A stretch of DNA of 60,385 nt from an uncultured Gammaproteobacteria bacterium (GCA_964492735.1 CAZBLE010000006.1:1-60385), one strand, 5' to 3'; positions 23,967 through 34,272 are shown, counted from the first letter of the stretch. Made by a program: numbers and translations. Notes: generated from the letters alone by a model not told the origin.

Positions 23967-24683
23967 GTGTTGTATATGAATCCATATTCATTAACTGCAG
24001 GCATGAGAGCGCATATTGCTGCAGTGGCAAAAAAATCAAAAGTTTCCCGTGTAAAGCGTCATGACATTCAACGTGAGCTTACAGCTTTCGCAGAAGACTA
24101 CGCCCGTGAGCTTCATTTTGACGGAAAGGATGCTTCTGAAATTGAGGCTCTTGTGATTGAGGCAATTGGTGCGCCAGAGCAGCGCGGGAAAGAGTTTACG
24201 ATCGCAAATCGAATACTTGCTCGTGTTCCGTGGATTGGACCATTGTTTTATGATGACGCATTGCAGGCTGGTACCATACTCTTTTTATTACAGTTGTCTG
24301 GAATTGTTGTCTTCGTTGTATTCTTTTTAGGTCTCGAGAGTCGCATTCTTTCAAATACAGCATTGCGGTATAACATTGTGGAAATCGGATTTTTCCTATT
24401 GTGGTTGCTGTATGGATTTGTGCTTGGCATGTATACGCGTTTACGATTACAGTTTTTTTGGAAAAGTTTTGATGCAGTCATTGCCTCGATGACTCCCGTG
24501 ATTCTATTTTTTGTTGTCTTTGTTGCGAATCGTTCTGTTGAGGTATATGCGCATAGTGCGACATTCCGCCTTGATTCATTGTATTATTCTCTTTTCTTTT
24601 TGTTCCTGTATCCACCTCTCTTTTGTGGAATCATTGTGCCATATAACGTAGTGAAAAAATTTCAGCGAAAAAGTAATCGATAA
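23967..24683 (+). CDS. PadR-associated membrane protein (soluble helical N-terminus plus 4-5 TM)
   Basis: Directly downstream of padR, an arrangement typical of PadR-linked membrane partners. No catalytic motif seen. Confidence 0.55.
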   Translation: MLYMNPYSLTAGMRAHIAAVAKKSKVSRVKRHDIQRELTAFAEDYARELHFDGKDASEIEALVIEAIGAPEQRGKEFTIANRILARVPWIGPLFYDDALQAGTILFLLQLSGIVVFVVFFLGLESRILSNTALRYNIVEIGFFLLWLLYGFVLGMYTRLRLQFFWKSFDAVIASMTPVILFFVVFVANRSVEVYAHSATFRLDSLYYSLFFLFLYPPLFCGIIVPYNVVKKFQRKSNR

Positions 24684-24695
24684 TTATTATCCTGT

Positions 24696-25859
24696 ATGAA
24701 TTATTCTAATCGTTTTCGTTTTTATTCAAGTATATTCGGCGGTATAAGCATCATTGTTCTATTTATTATACTCCGCGGTATGGTGAATACTGCACTGGAC
24801 CCAATTCATGGAGCTGTGCCGTTTGACCAATTAGAAAATCCACCAAAAGATGCGTTTGTCTTGATTCAAAACCATGGTGATAAAGATGGCGGTGCTTCTC
24901 AAGTAGTTTCGCTTAACGGGGCAGTGATGAAAAAATCATCGAGCGCTACGAGTGAGTGGTATAGTGCTATTCGTTTGTGGGAGGGTGAAGAATTTATCAT
25001 CGCGTCTGGAACAAAAGATGGCTATGGGTATCAGCAGTGGCTGACATCAAAAGATGGCCAACTTCAAGAAATTCAGTTACCTTCTGTTTGCCAAGGAGGA
25101 TTTACAGAAAATGCAAGCGAGAGTATAACTTGCGTAGGAAGTGTTTCTCTTTCGCCAGATCAACAGCAAATCCTTCTTGCGGGCTGGCGGTCAGATGCGA
25201 CGCAGTCAGTAGAGTCGACTGAGTCAGTGTATGTTTTGTGGAATCGATTAGACAATAGTAGTCAGGTTATTCGAAAAGCTGATTTGCCAATTGATGAGCA
25301 ATTAAAAAATGATAGAGGAGTATACCTTTCCATTGAGTGGGAGAAAAGTAACCCACATACAGCCTTTGTGATTGTGCAAAAAGAACAAGAAGGCGTAGTA
25401 ACGCAACTCGCACGCTTTCGCTACTCAACAGACAGTGGTGTGTATGAGTCATATGGACTCACTGCAGACTATGGTCCATTAATGATTCCAGTGGTTCAAG
25501 AAAATGCTCGAATGCTGGATATGACCAGTGCTTCACCGCATCCTATTTCACTGCCATATACGTATGAAAAATTTGGTGGTGTTTTGATCCCATTCCAGAG
25601 CATTGTGGTTCGTGATTCAAAAACACAAGTGGGTAGTACAATCATGCGGTGGCGAAAATTCTTTGGATTTAATTCAGTGTATGTGTATCAAGTTGGTATT
25701 AAAGATAATCCCGAATGGTTTATTGTACGGATTGATAATAACCTGTTTTTAACAAAAATTGGTAGTACGCAATATTCATATATCACAAGCTTGCCGTATG
25801 AAGCTCCAGAAGAAATGCCAACAATTATGGTTGATATCGTCGCTCTAAATAAGCAGTGA
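24696..25859 (+). CDS. hypothetical membrane-anchored extracytoplasmic protein (387 aa)
   Basis: N-terminal TM segment FYSSIFGGISIIVLFIILRGMV followed by a soluble domain. No family recognised. Confidence 0.55.
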   Translation: MNYSNRFRFYSSIFGGISIIVLFIILRGMVNTALDPIHGAVPFDQLENPPKDAFVLIQNHGDKDGGASQVVSLNGAVMKKSSSATSEWYSAIRLWEGEEFIIASGTKDGYGYQQWLTSKDGQLQEIQLPSVCQGGFTENASESITCVGSVSLSPDQQQILLAGWRSDATQSVESTESVYVLWNRLDNSSQVIRKADLPIDEQLKNDRGVYLSIEWEKSNPHTAFVIVQKEQEGVVTQLARFRYSTDSGVYESYGLTADYGPLMIPVVQENARMLDMTSASPHPISLPYTYEKFGGVLIPFQSIVVRDSKTQVGSTIMRWRKFFGFNSVYVYQVGIKDNPEWFIVRIDNNLFLTKIGSTQYSYITSLPYEAPEEMPTIMVDIVALNKQ

Positions 25860-25883
25860 TATGTTGCAACATACTTATGCACG

Positions 25884-25918
25884 ACACACCTTTTCTCATT
25901 GAGAAGGTGTGTTTTTTT
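25884..25918 (+). terminator. Intrinsic terminator
   Basis: ACACACCTTTTCTC-att-GAGAAGGTGTGT followed by TTTTTTT. Confidence 0.85.
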
Positions 25919-25962
25919 GTGTGAGTTGACGAAACCGTCTAACCAAGGCACAATCTGACCAT

Positions 25963-26292
25963 ATGATAGAACTTACAACAATCGCAGTCTGTCAGGCGCC
26001 GATGTGCCAAGAAAAGGGAAGTAAGACAATTTTATTGCGTTTGCATGAGCAGTACGCGGCAGAGTTTCAAACAACGTATCCAGGTTTGCAGATTATCGCA
26101 GGTGATTGCCAAGGAGAGTGTGAAACTGGTCCGAATGTTCGTGTTAACGATACATTTTTATTGAAAAATGTTGATAAGGATAAAGCAAAAGTACTTCTCG
26201 AAAATCCAGATATCTTACTTGGTGAAATTCAACATGTTCAAGAAAAAGACCAAGAGACCTTTCAGCGTATTGTGAGCGGAGAGTTGTATTAA
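25963..26292 (+). CDS. Thioredoxin-like [2Fe-2S] ferredoxin domain protein
   Basis: Four Cys in the family pattern: VCQAPMCQEKG...GDCQGECETGPNVRVND. Confidence 0.7.
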   Translation: MIELTTIAVCQAPMCQEKGSKTILLRLHEQYAAEFQTTYPGLQIIAGDCQGECETGPNVRVNDTFLLKNVDKDKAKVLLENPDILLGEIQHVQEKDQETFQRIVSGELY

Positions 26293-26811
26293 CTATTTCG
26301 TTAAAAAGAAAAACACGTACCAACCAAGAAACAGGACTTGAATAATATAGCCTTGCGTGAGTCGAATTGGTGTGCGGATGAGGTCGTGGCACCAGCCATG
26401 AAATTTTTGAAATGGAGTGATAATCTGAAATAGACTTTCAGCAATGTTTTTTCGTAATCCAGGAATAGCTGTTGGAAATACACCAAATTCAATGTGGGTA
26501 TACAGTGTCATTAAGAGGTCTGGCAACACGCCGCCTAACGCTCCCCAAATGATCAGATCATTCTGTGGGTGGTCTTTAAATAAGAGTGTGATTAAAATAA
26601 GCGCAATGGTTGTAGACCCATCAGCAATGGCAATTCGTCGTCCAAATGGATCATAGAGATTTTCTGCAAGCCGCCAATAGATAAATTCATCGCCATGAGG
26701 AATCATGTCGAGAATAAAATGGGAGAGTATAGCAGCAAAAAAACCAAGCATTGGATCTCCGGTCCAATACGCAACAACGATTCCTGCGGCTGCATGGGTA
26801 GTGAGTGTCAT
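26293..26811 (-). CDS. Membrane-bound metal-dependent hydrolase, YdjM/DUF457-like
   Basis: MTLTTHAAAGIVVAY...ILSHFILDMIPHGDE and a multi-TM body. Confidence 0.65.
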   Translation of the reverse strand: MTLTTHAAAGIVVAYWTGDPMLGFFAAILSHFILDMIPHGDEFIYWRLAENLYDPFGRRIAIADGSTTIALILITLLFKDHPQNDLIIWGALGGVLPDLLMTLYTHIEFGVFPTAIPGLRKNIAESLFQIITPFQKFHGWCHDLIRTPIRLTQGYIIQVLFLGWYVFFFLTK

Positions 26812-26826
26812 AAGAGACGTTTCTTG

Positions 26827-26900
26827 TTGCGGGGGCTGGATTTGAACCAGCGACCTCCTGGTTATGAGCCAGGCGAGCTGCCAGACTGCTCTACCCCGCG
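26827..26900 (-). tRNA. Initiator tRNA-Met (anticodon CAT); CCA not encoded
   Basis: The reverse complement reads CGCGGGGTAGAGCAGTCTGGCAGCTCGCCTGGCTCATAACCAGGAGGTCGCTGGTTCAAATCCAGCCCCCGCAA. This is nearly identical in layout to E. coli tRNA-fMet, including the C1xA72 mismatch. Downstream sequence is CAAGAA rather than CCA. Confidence 0.9.
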
Positions 26901-26988
26901 CATCAATACTGAATCATTCAGGGCTGATGTGCTGTGTAGAACAGATGTTATGAAGACAATAGCAGAAATGTATCTGTATTGCAACGTG

Positions 26989-27070
26989 TACCGGAGGAGA
27001 GGGTCGAACTCTCATGGGTTTCCCCGCACGATCTTGAGTCGTGTGCGTCTGCCAGTTCCGCCACTCCGGC
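26989..27070 (-). tRNA. tRNA-Leu (anticodon CAA), long variable arm; CCA not encoded
   Basis: The reverse complement reads GCCGGAGTGGCGGAACTGGCAGACGCACACGACTCAAGATCGTGCGGGGAAACCCATGAGAGTTCGACCCTCTCCTCCGGTA (82 nt). Anticodon loop is CT-CAA-GA. Confidence 0.9.
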
Positions 27071-27088
27071 AAAGGATATAGCTTAAGG

Positions 27089-27117
27089 AATATACGCAAA
27101 AATAGCGAAGATGTCAA
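27089..27117 (-). promoter_or_regulatory. Consensus-like sigma70 promoter for the tRNA-Leu/tRNA-fMet unit (TTGACA-17 nt-TATATT on the minus strand)
   Basis: -35 at 27117-27112 and -10 at 27094-27089 (minus-strand reading), about 18 nt upstream of tRNA-Leu G1 at 27070. Confidence 0.7.
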
Positions 27118-27140
27118 TTTCTTGGTATACTATCCAGACT

Positions 27141-28058
27141 ATGACTCGAATTATTTCAGTAGTAAACCAAAAAGGAGGGGTTGGAAAAACAACCACATCA
27201 GTAAATGTTGCTGCGGCATTAGCGCTTCTTGAAAAACGTGTGTTATTAGTCGATATTGACTCGCAAGGCAATGCAACATCTGGCTTAGGCTTTGATCCGA
27301 CATCAGTGCACCCATCGGTGTACGATGTGTTGATTGAAAATTCTGGAATTGACCAGGCAATTATCAATACTGGTATCGAGGGGTTAGATTTATTACCAGC
27401 GCATGTTGATTTAGCAGGTGCATCAGTTGAATTGATTAGCGTTGATCAACGAGAGCATCGCTTGCGACACGCACTTGGCATTGTTGAAGACCGATATGAT
27501 TTTATTATCATTGATTGTCCGCCATCACTTGGTGTTTTAACCATTAATGGCATTGTCGCAGGTAATGAAATTTTAATTCCTGTGCAGGCAGAATATTATG
27601 CGCTTGAAGGACTGGGTCAATTATTGCGTACGATTGAACTCACAAAAGAATACCTTCATCCAGAAATGCAGATTTTAGGTGCAGTACTGACAATGTATGA
27701 TCGTCGAAATCGTTTGTCACACGCAGTATTTGAAGATATGTACAAACATTTTCCAAATACAGTGTTTCGGACGATTATCCCACGAACAGTTCGCCTTGCC
27801 GAAGCGCCGTCATATGGTAAGCCAATTGCACTGTATGACCCGACTGGTAATGGAGCGAAGGCATATATGAAGCTCGCTCGAGAAATTTTGATTCGCGAAG
27901 CGCATATTAATCCGCGTGAAGTGCTGCAGCAAGTGGCAGAAGAGGGAAATATGGAAGTGCCGGAACCAGACCTGAATTACGATGATCCTGTTGAAGCGCG
28001 TGAGGCGATTTTAGATTCATTAAGCGAAGAAGAACAATCAACAACTGAAAGCGTATGA
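27141..28058 (+). CDS. parA: Chromosome partitioning ATPase ParA/Soj with an acidic C-terminal extension of about 55 aa
   Basis: IISVVNQKGGVGKTTTSVN (deviant Walker A), IIIDCPPSLG. The tail ...EEGNMEVPEPDLNYDDPVEAREAILDSLSEEEQSTTESV extends beyond the usual ParA end. Confidence 0.9.
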   Translation: MTRIISVVNQKGGVGKTTTSVNVAAALALLEKRVLLVDIDSQGNATSGLGFDPTSVHPSVYDVLIENSGIDQAIINTGIEGLDLLPAHVDLAGASVELISVDQREHRLRHALGIVEDRYDFIIIDCPPSLGVLTINGIVAGNEILIPVQAEYYALEGLGQLLRTIELTKEYLHPEMQILGAVLTMYDRRNRLSHAVFEDMYKHFPNTVFRTIIPRTVRLAEAPSYGKPIALYDPTGNGAKAYMKLAREILIREAHINPREVLQQVAEEGNMEVPEPDLNYDDPVEAREAILDSLSEEEQSTTESV

Positions 28059-28954
28059 CACAAACAAAAGGCGGTCTTGGACGAGGCTTAAGCTCTTTGA
28101 TTCCACCAAAACAATCTGACATGAGCCGAGAGAGTGAGCGTCGGGCCAGTGACCCAGATTTAGAGCTCGTGGCAAACTCATCGATTCTTCAAGTACCGAT
28201 TGAGCTCATTGATACCAATACGTATCAACCACGAACCCATTTTGATGAACGCGCGTTGCATGAGCTCGCTGACTCTATTGAACAGCATGGACTACTTGAG
28301 CCAGTGATTGTGACAAAAAAAGGTGATCGATATGAACTTATTGCTGGTGAGCGACGTTTTCGAGCGCATGGGTTATTGAAAAAAAAGACTGTTCCTGCAA
28401 TTTTACGTACTGCTTCAGAATTAGAGCGTTTGCAACTTGCGTTGATTGAAAATATTCAACGTGAAGACCTGCATCCAATCGAACGAGCGATGAGTTATGC
28501 GCAACTCACAGATGAATTTGGCTTAACGCAAGAAGAGGCCGCGCGCCGTCTTGGTATTGCGCGCTCAACATTTGCGAATGCTGTGCGGTATTTAGAGCTT
28601 CCAGCAGAAATTCAGCAGGCATTAGGGGAGCGTCGCATTACTGAAGGACATGCAAAAATTTTATTAGGCGTGCCATCTGCTACAGAGCAGCTGCAATTAT
28701 TTAAACAGATGACTTCTGGCGCTGCTATGAGCGTTCGTGAGCTGGAAGAAATTGTTGCGATCCAAAAAGGACAAGGTCCAAAACAAAAAGCAGCAAATGC
28801 AAAATCTCGAGAGCTGGTTGAAGTTGAAGAACTGTTGCAGAAAAAGCTCGGAACAAAAGTTGGCATTCGAACACGCGGAAAGGGTCGATATCAAATTGTG
28901 ATCGATGCGTATGCGAGTGATGATTTAAAACGCATTGTAAAACAGTTGTCGTAA
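28055..28954 (+). CDS. parB: Chromosome partitioning protein ParB/Spo0J
   Basis: LLEPVIVTKKGDRYELIAGERRFRA, LIENIQREDLHPIERA, and an HTH region. ATGA overlap with parA. Confidence 0.9.
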   Translation: MTQTKGGLGRGLSSLIPPKQSDMSRESERRASDPDLELVANSSILQVPIELIDTNTYQPRTHFDERALHELADSIEQHGLLEPVIVTKKGDRYELIAGERRFRAHGLLKKKTVPAILRTASELERLQLALIENIQREDLHPIERAMSYAQLTDEFGLTQEEAARRLGIARSTFANAVRYLELPAEIQQALGERRITEGHAKILLGVPSATEQLQLFKQMTSGAAMSVRELEEIVAIQKGQGPKQKAANAKSRELVEVEELLQKKLGTKVGIRTRGKGRYQIVIDAYASDDLKRIVKQLS

Positions 28955-28959
28955 GGCGG

Positions 28960-30543
28960 CTATTCAGCTTTTTTACGACGTAATCCAAGGCGTTCGAAAA
29001 AGTGCTTATTCTTTTTGTTCATGTATTGACGAATGTGCTGTCGTGCGCCAGTTGTTTTAACAAAGGAGAGCCAGCCAGCAGATGGGCCAGTACGCGCTGG
29101 GTTGATCAGAATTTCAACAACATCACCACTACGTAGTGGGTCACTGAGACTTGCTTGCTGGTCATTGATTTTTACCCCTGCGCATTTATCTCCAAGGTCA
29201 GAATGGATTTTATACGCAAAGTCAACGGCGGTTGCGTCTTCAGGTAGTTCAATAACATCTCCAATCGGAGTGAAAACAAAAATGGTATTTTGAAAGAGGT
29301 CAATTTTTAATGTTTCGAGTAATTGGTGAGTATCGGTAACGTTTTCTTGTAAGTCTACAACTTCTTTCATCCAATTCATGCGTGGGTCTGTTTTTGTTGC
29401 CCCGTCCTTTTTTTCTTTATATTGCCAGTGAGCAGCAATGCCGAATTCCGCTTCTTGATGCATTTCTGGGGTCCGAATTTGAATTTCAGCAATTTCAGCG
29501 TACATTTCATTGGTCGCAAATCGAGCAGGAGAAAATACAGTGGTATGTAGTGATTGATAGCCATTTGGCTTTGGTTGGCTAATATAGTCTTTAATCCGAC
29601 CTTTCAGAGGTTTGCAAATTTCATGAATAACACCAAGAGTTTCATAGCATTTTGCGATTGATGGAACAATGACACGCACTGCGACCATGTCGTAAATCTT
29701 GCTGACATCTCGGTTGTTTTTAATCAATTTTTTGTAGAGGGAGTAGAGATGTTTTCGTCGACCATGGATTGCGACAAATTCAACATTGCGGTCATCAAAT
29801 TCTTGTTTTAAATAATCAACAAATTCAGCAATAAATTCTTCTTTTTGTTTCCATTGCAAATCCATTTGTTTTGTAATCCATTCATATTCTTCTGGATAGA
29901 CATATGGAAATGCTAAATCTTCAATAATTCCTTTGAGTTCACCCATACCGAGTCGGTTTGCAATAGCGGCGTGAATTTCGAGACTCTCCAACGCAATGCG
30001 TCGTTGTTTTTCTGGTGGCAGCGCACTAAGAGTTCGTAAGTTATGAATTCTATCTGCAAGGCGAATCATAATCACGCGAGCGTCTTGGGCCATGGCCAAA
30101 AACATTCGACGTAGGTTTTCGACATAGCGATCTTCGCCACGATATTTGAGTTGACCAAGCTTTGTTACACCTTGCACTAAAAAGGCCACTTCATCACCAA
30201 AGGCTTTTTTTACATCTTCAATTGTGACTGTAGTATCTTCAGGGACATCATGGAGTAGTCCAGCGACAATTGTCGCGTGGTCCATATTGAGTTCAGTGAG
30301 AAAGAGGGCAGTAGCAAGTGGATGGACAATATAAGGGTCACCAGATTTTCGTTTTTGGTCACCATGTGCCTTCACAGCAAATGTATAGGCGCGGCGAATT
30401 TCTGCAGATTCAGCACCTCGTCCTTTTTTTTCAATAACATGAATAATGTCATCAATGCTGGCATCTCGATGAGATCGAATAATGGATGATTCGTCTGAGT
30501 ATGGCATGAATTTGAGTCTACTCCGGTGCTGCAAAGTTTGCAA
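28960..30543 (-). CDS. rel: RelA/SpoT-homologue (p)ppGpp synthetase/hydrolase, short form ending just after the TGS domain
   Basis: HD domain (HGDQKRKSGDPYIVHPL, LLHDVPEDT), synthetase domain (GYQSLHTTV) and TGS (IFVFTPIGDVIELPEDATAVDFAYKIHSDLG). Only about 45 aa follow the TGS domain. Confidence 0.9.
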   Translation of the reverse strand: MQTLQHRSRLKFMPYSDESSIIRSHRDASIDDIIHVIEKKGRGAESAEIRRAYTFAVKAHGDQKRKSGDPYIVHPLATALFLTELNMDHATIVAGLLHDVPEDTTVTIEDVKKAFGDEVAFLVQGVTKLGQLKYRGEDRYVENLRRMFLAMAQDARVIMIRLADRIHNLRTLSALPPEKQRRIALESLEIHAAIANRLGMGELKGIIEDLAFPYVYPEEYEWITKQMDLQWKQKEEFIAEFVDYLKQEFDDRNVEFVAIHGRRKHLYSLYKKLIKNNRDVSKIYDMVAVRVIVPSIAKCYETLGVIHEICKPLKGRIKDYISQPKPNGYQSLHTTVFSPARFATNEMYAEIAEIQIRTPEMHQEAEFGIAAHWQYKEKKDGATKTDPRMNWMKEVVDLQENVTDTHQLLETLKIDLFQNTIFVFTPIGDVIELPEDATAVDFAYKIHSDLGDKCAGVKINDQQASLSDPLRSGDVVEILINPARTGPSAGWLSFVKTTGARQHIRQYMNKKNKHFFERLGLRRKKAE

Positions 30544-30563
30544 GAATGCTCAAATATTGGCCG

Positions 30564-32864
30564 TTAATCTTGAGTGTCGTTATCTTTGCTAAAAGTACAC
30601 TCTTTGCTTGAGCAGCGGATCGTATTTTTCGCACCAAATACCAAGAGGCTTCCACATGTAGGACACACTTCACCAGTCGGCTTGCTCCAATAGGCATTTT
30701 TACATTCAGGATATTGGTTGCAGGCATAAAATGTTTTGCCACGCTTACTTCGTTTTTCAACAATGTCTCCTTTATTACAGAGAGGGCAGGTGACTCCAGT
30801 TTTCTTTTCAATTCCAACGATGTTTTTACATTCAGGATATCCAGAGCAGCCGAGGAATTCACCAAAGCGACCACGTTTCTTTACCATGGGTTTTCCGCAG
30901 AGCTCACATGGAACATCAATTTTTTCTTCTTCCGCTGCTTTTCCGTCTTCGCCAAGTGGCTTTGTTGTTTTACACTCAGGATACGCAGTGCATGCAAGAA
31001 ATTTTCCAAAGCGCCCCATTTTGATTTGCATAGGCTTTCCGCATTTGTCACAGATTTCATCTGTAGTTTCTTGAACGATATCTTCTTTTGTAATTTCTTC
31101 GTCTTTTTCCATAAGCAATTGTTTAAATGGCTTGTAAAAATCGTCAATTAATGGTTCCCATTCCTTTGTTCCTTCAGCAATGTCATCAAGGCCTTGTTCC
31201 ATGGTTGCGGTAAAATCGTAATCAACAATGGTTGGAAAATGCTCAACCAATAAATCGTTGACCAAGAAACCAATTTCTTCAGGGATGAGTTTTCGTTCTT
31301 CTTTACGAACATAACCACGAGCTTGAACTGTTGCCAGTGTTGGAGCATAGGTTGATGGACGTCCAATGCCTTTTTCTTCAAGGGCTTTGACGATTGCCGC
31401 TTCAGTGTAGCGAGCTGGTGGCTCAGTAAAATGTTGCACCGGTGTTACTTGCTGCGCATTTACGCTATCTCCTTGTGTAAGGTGCGGAAGAATTTTCTCG
31501 TTTGATTTATCTGGATAGAGCTTAAGCCAGCCATCAAAAAGTAATTCTGATCCAGTAGAACGGAAGCTATATTTGCCAGTTGCAATATCAACTGTTGTGG
31601 CTTTCATTTGCGCAGGTGTCATTTGTGAGCCGACAGCGCGTGACCAAATCAATGTATAAATTTTCAGTTGTTGTGCACTTAAGTATGGAGCGGCAAGTTC
31701 TGGTGTGAGGGTTGCGTCTGTTGGACGAATCGCTTCATGGGCTTCTTGTGCACCTTTTGATTTTGTTGTGTAGGTTGTCCGCTCTGCGTATTCTTTACCA
31801 TAGGTTTGTGTAATAAATTCCGCTGCTTCGTCTAAAAACTTTTCGGCAAGGTTGAGCGAATCAGTACGCATGTAGGTAATTAAACCGGTTGACGCACCAC
31901 TAATACTGACACCTTCATAGAGTTGTTGCGCGAGCATCATGGTTTGTTTTGCAGAATAGCCGAGTCGGTTATTCGCTTCTTGTTGAAGTGTCGAAGTTTT
32001 AAATGGCGCACTTGGCGTACGTTTGCGATCTTTTTGCTCAATGTGCGCAACACTGTAGGTGCCATTGAGCAACTCTTTTATAATCGCATCTGCAGATTCT
32101 TGGTTGTTGATTTGTAGCTTATCAACTTTCTTTCCATCAATGGCTTGCAGCGCACCTTCGAATTCAATGTCAGATTTTTCAAACAATGCATCAATCGTCC
32201 AATATTCTTCAGCATTAAACGCTTGAATTTCGCGTTCACGTTCAACGATCATGCGGACGACAACAGATTGTACACGACCGGCAGAGAGCCCGCGATAGAT
32301 TTTGCGCCAGAGAAACGGAGAGAGTTCATATCCAACGAGTCGGTCAAGGATTCGACGTGCTTGTTGCGCGTCGACAGTGTCCATATTAATGTCACGCGGA
32401 TGTTCAAGGGCTTCAAGAATAGCTGTTTTGGTAATTTCGTGAAACGCAATGCGATAGACAGGGATGTCTTTTTTTGGCGCTAAAATTTCAAGCAAATGCC
32501 ACGCAATTGCTTCTCCTTCTCGGTCTTCATCGGATGCGAGATAAATCGCTTGCGCTGATTTTGCGAGTTTTTTTAATTCTGAAACCCGTTTTTTGGCTTT
32601 TGTCGGAACAATGTATTTTGGTTCGTAGTGATTTTCCGTATCAATGCCGAGTCGACTTTTTGGAAGATCACGCACATGACCAAATGAACTTTCTACTTTA
32701 TACCCACGCCCAAGAAATCGAGAAATTGTTTTTGCTTTTGTAGGAGACTCAACGATGACGAGTTTTACGCCAGCGGGTTTTGCTTTCTTGGTTTTGGCCG
32801 CAGTTTTTTTCGCTGCGGGCTTTTTTGTGGGGGTTTTTTCCATAATGGATGTAGTTATAGTCAC
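30564..32864 (-). CDS. topA: DNA topoisomerase I with Lys-rich N-terminal tail and four C-terminal zinc ribbons
   Basis: KLVIVESPTKAKTI (Toprim), the active-site region, and CDKCGKPM/CELCGKPM/CPLCNKG/CPTCGSL zinc ribbons. Confidence 0.95.
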   Translation of the reverse strand: MTITTSIMEKTPTKKPAAKKTAAKTKKAKPAGVKLVIVESPTKAKTISRFLGRGYKVESSFGHVRDLPKSRLGIDTENHYEPKYIVPTKAKKRVSELKKLAKSAQAIYLASDEDREGEAIAWHLLEILAPKKDIPVYRIAFHEITKTAILEALEHPRDINMDTVDAQQARRILDRLVGYELSPFLWRKIYRGLSAGRVQSVVVRMIVEREREIQAFNAEEYWTIDALFEKSDIEFEGALQAIDGKKVDKLQINNQESADAIIKELLNGTYSVAHIEQKDRKRTPSAPFKTSTLQQEANNRLGYSAKQTMMLAQQLYEGVSISGASTGLITYMRTDSLNLAEKFLDEAAEFITQTYGKEYAERTTYTTKSKGAQEAHEAIRPTDATLTPELAAPYLSAQQLKIYTLIWSRAVGSQMTPAQMKATTVDIATGKYSFRSTGSELLFDGWLKLYPDKSNEKILPHLTQGDSVNAQQVTPVQHFTEPPARYTEAAIVKALEEKGIGRPSTYAPTLATVQARGYVRKEERKLIPEEIGFLVNDLLVEHFPTIVDYDFTATMEQGLDDIAEGTKEWEPLIDDFYKPFKQLLMEKDEEITKEDIVQETTDEICDKCGKPMQIKMGRFGKFLACTAYPECKTTKPLGEDGKAAEEEKIDVPCELCGKPMVKKRGRFGEFLGCSGYPECKNIVGIEKKTGVTCPLCNKGDIVEKRSKRGKTFYACNQYPECKNAYWSKPTGEVCPTCGSLLVFGAKNTIRCSSKECTFSKDNDTQD

Positions 32865-32879
32865 GAATTGAATCCCTTG

Positions 32880-34205
32880 TCAAATTGCAGAAGGTGTCGC
32901 TTGGGTTGGGAATAAGGTGCGCTGCCTGAGAATGTCATCAGTTTTTATCCAATATTCGCGGATAGATCCAGCAAGATAGAGAGAGCCGGTGATGAGTAAT
33001 GGACGGTTTGTTTGTGTTGCAAGTGCAAGGCCAGTTTGAATTGCCTGCATTGCATCTGGCTCAGTGTATAGATCGGCTGTTGGGGATTGTTTTCGTAGTT
33101 CCGCAGCAACAGTTTCTGGTGGATAGGATGAAAAGCCAGGGAGTTCCCATGATGTACAAATAATCGTTGTGCTGACTTCTAGAATAATTGCGAGAGTTGC
33201 TGAGAGGTCTTTGGTTTCTTTGAGTGACAAAATAATAATTGGCGTGGAGTCCGTGAGTTCATGGAGCGAAGACTGCATTGCACGCAGTTTCGGTTCAGAG
33301 TGAGCACCATCAAGAATCACGAGGGGAGATTGTTGTAGGATTTCCATCCGCGCTGGCAGCTGTGTTGTGGCAATGCCACGTGCAATTGCTTCATCGGCAA
33401 TTTGTAAAAAATGACACACTGCAGCAACAAGCTCTGCATTTTGTTGTTGATGCGCTCCGGCCATTCCCGTTGTGTACCGCTGCGCTGAGGCGCTTGTAAC
33501 GATGTGCAGCGGAGCATCTTGCGCGGTTGCTTCAGCTGCAATCACATTTTGAATAATTGGATTTGTATTATTAGTGAATACAGGAATTTGTTTTTTAATA
33601 ATCCCAGCTTTGTGCCATGCGATTTGTTCAATCGTGTCACCAAGAATATCAGTGTGATCAATCCCGATGGGAGTAATGACAGAAGCGACAACGTTCATTG
33701 CAATGTTACTGTAATCAAATCGTCCGCCGCAACCAGTTTCAAGTACAAAATACTCCACGTCACATTCACGCATGTATTGGACGGCGATACTGAAAAATAC
33801 TTCTGCATATGATGGTTTCATTGCGGGATCCTCTGCAGCAATCTGTTCAACAATACGGAGCGTTGAATCAACAAGGCGAACAAACGCTGCTGGGTCCATG
33901 AGCGTGCCATTTACAGAAATATTTTCAATTGGCGTTTGAACATAGGGCGATGTATAGAGTCCAACCGTTTTTCCACTTTCGCGCAATACGTTGTAGAGCA
34001 TTGTTGAAGTAGAGCCTTTTCCTGATGTGCCGGCAATATGCAGTGTCTTGATACCACGCTCTGGATTGCCTAACCGATCAAAGAGGTGCTGCGCGCGTTG
34101 TAAAAAAAATGCCTGATCGCTCGGCTGCGTTGTCTTCATGTAATCTTGTTTTGCAATCGTTGCAGTTTCAAGACGGTGCTTTGCGGCGCGGTAGTCGTCA
34201 AACAT
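32880..34205 (-). CDS. folC: Folylpolyglutamate synthase/dihydrofolate synthase (Mur ligase family)
   Basis: P-loop HIAGTSGKGST and Mur-ligase middle and C-terminal domains. Confidence 0.85.
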   Translation of the reverse strand: MFDDYRAAKHRLETATIAKQDYMKTTQPSDQAFFLQRAQHLFDRLGNPERGIKTLHIAGTSGKGSTSTMLYNVLRESGKTVGLYTSPYVQTPIENISVNGTLMDPAAFVRLVDSTLRIVEQIAAEDPAMKPSYAEVFFSIAVQYMRECDVEYFVLETGCGGRFDYSNIAMNVVASVITPIGIDHTDILGDTIEQIAWHKAGIIKKQIPVFTNNTNPIIQNVIAAEATAQDAPLHIVTSASAQRYTTGMAGAHQQQNAELVAAVCHFLQIADEAIARGIATTQLPARMEILQQSPLVILDGAHSEPKLRAMQSSLHELTDSTPIIILSLKETKDLSATLAIILEVSTTIICTSWELPGFSSYPPETVAAELRKQSPTADLYTEPDAMQAIQTGLALATQTNRPLLITGSLYLAGSIREYWIKTDDILRQRTLFPTQATPSAI

Positions 34206-34272
34206 GGGAATAGAGGGTCAATGAAATGGAAAATTGTGCATATAATAATGTAGCTGTCTTCAAATAGCAAAT

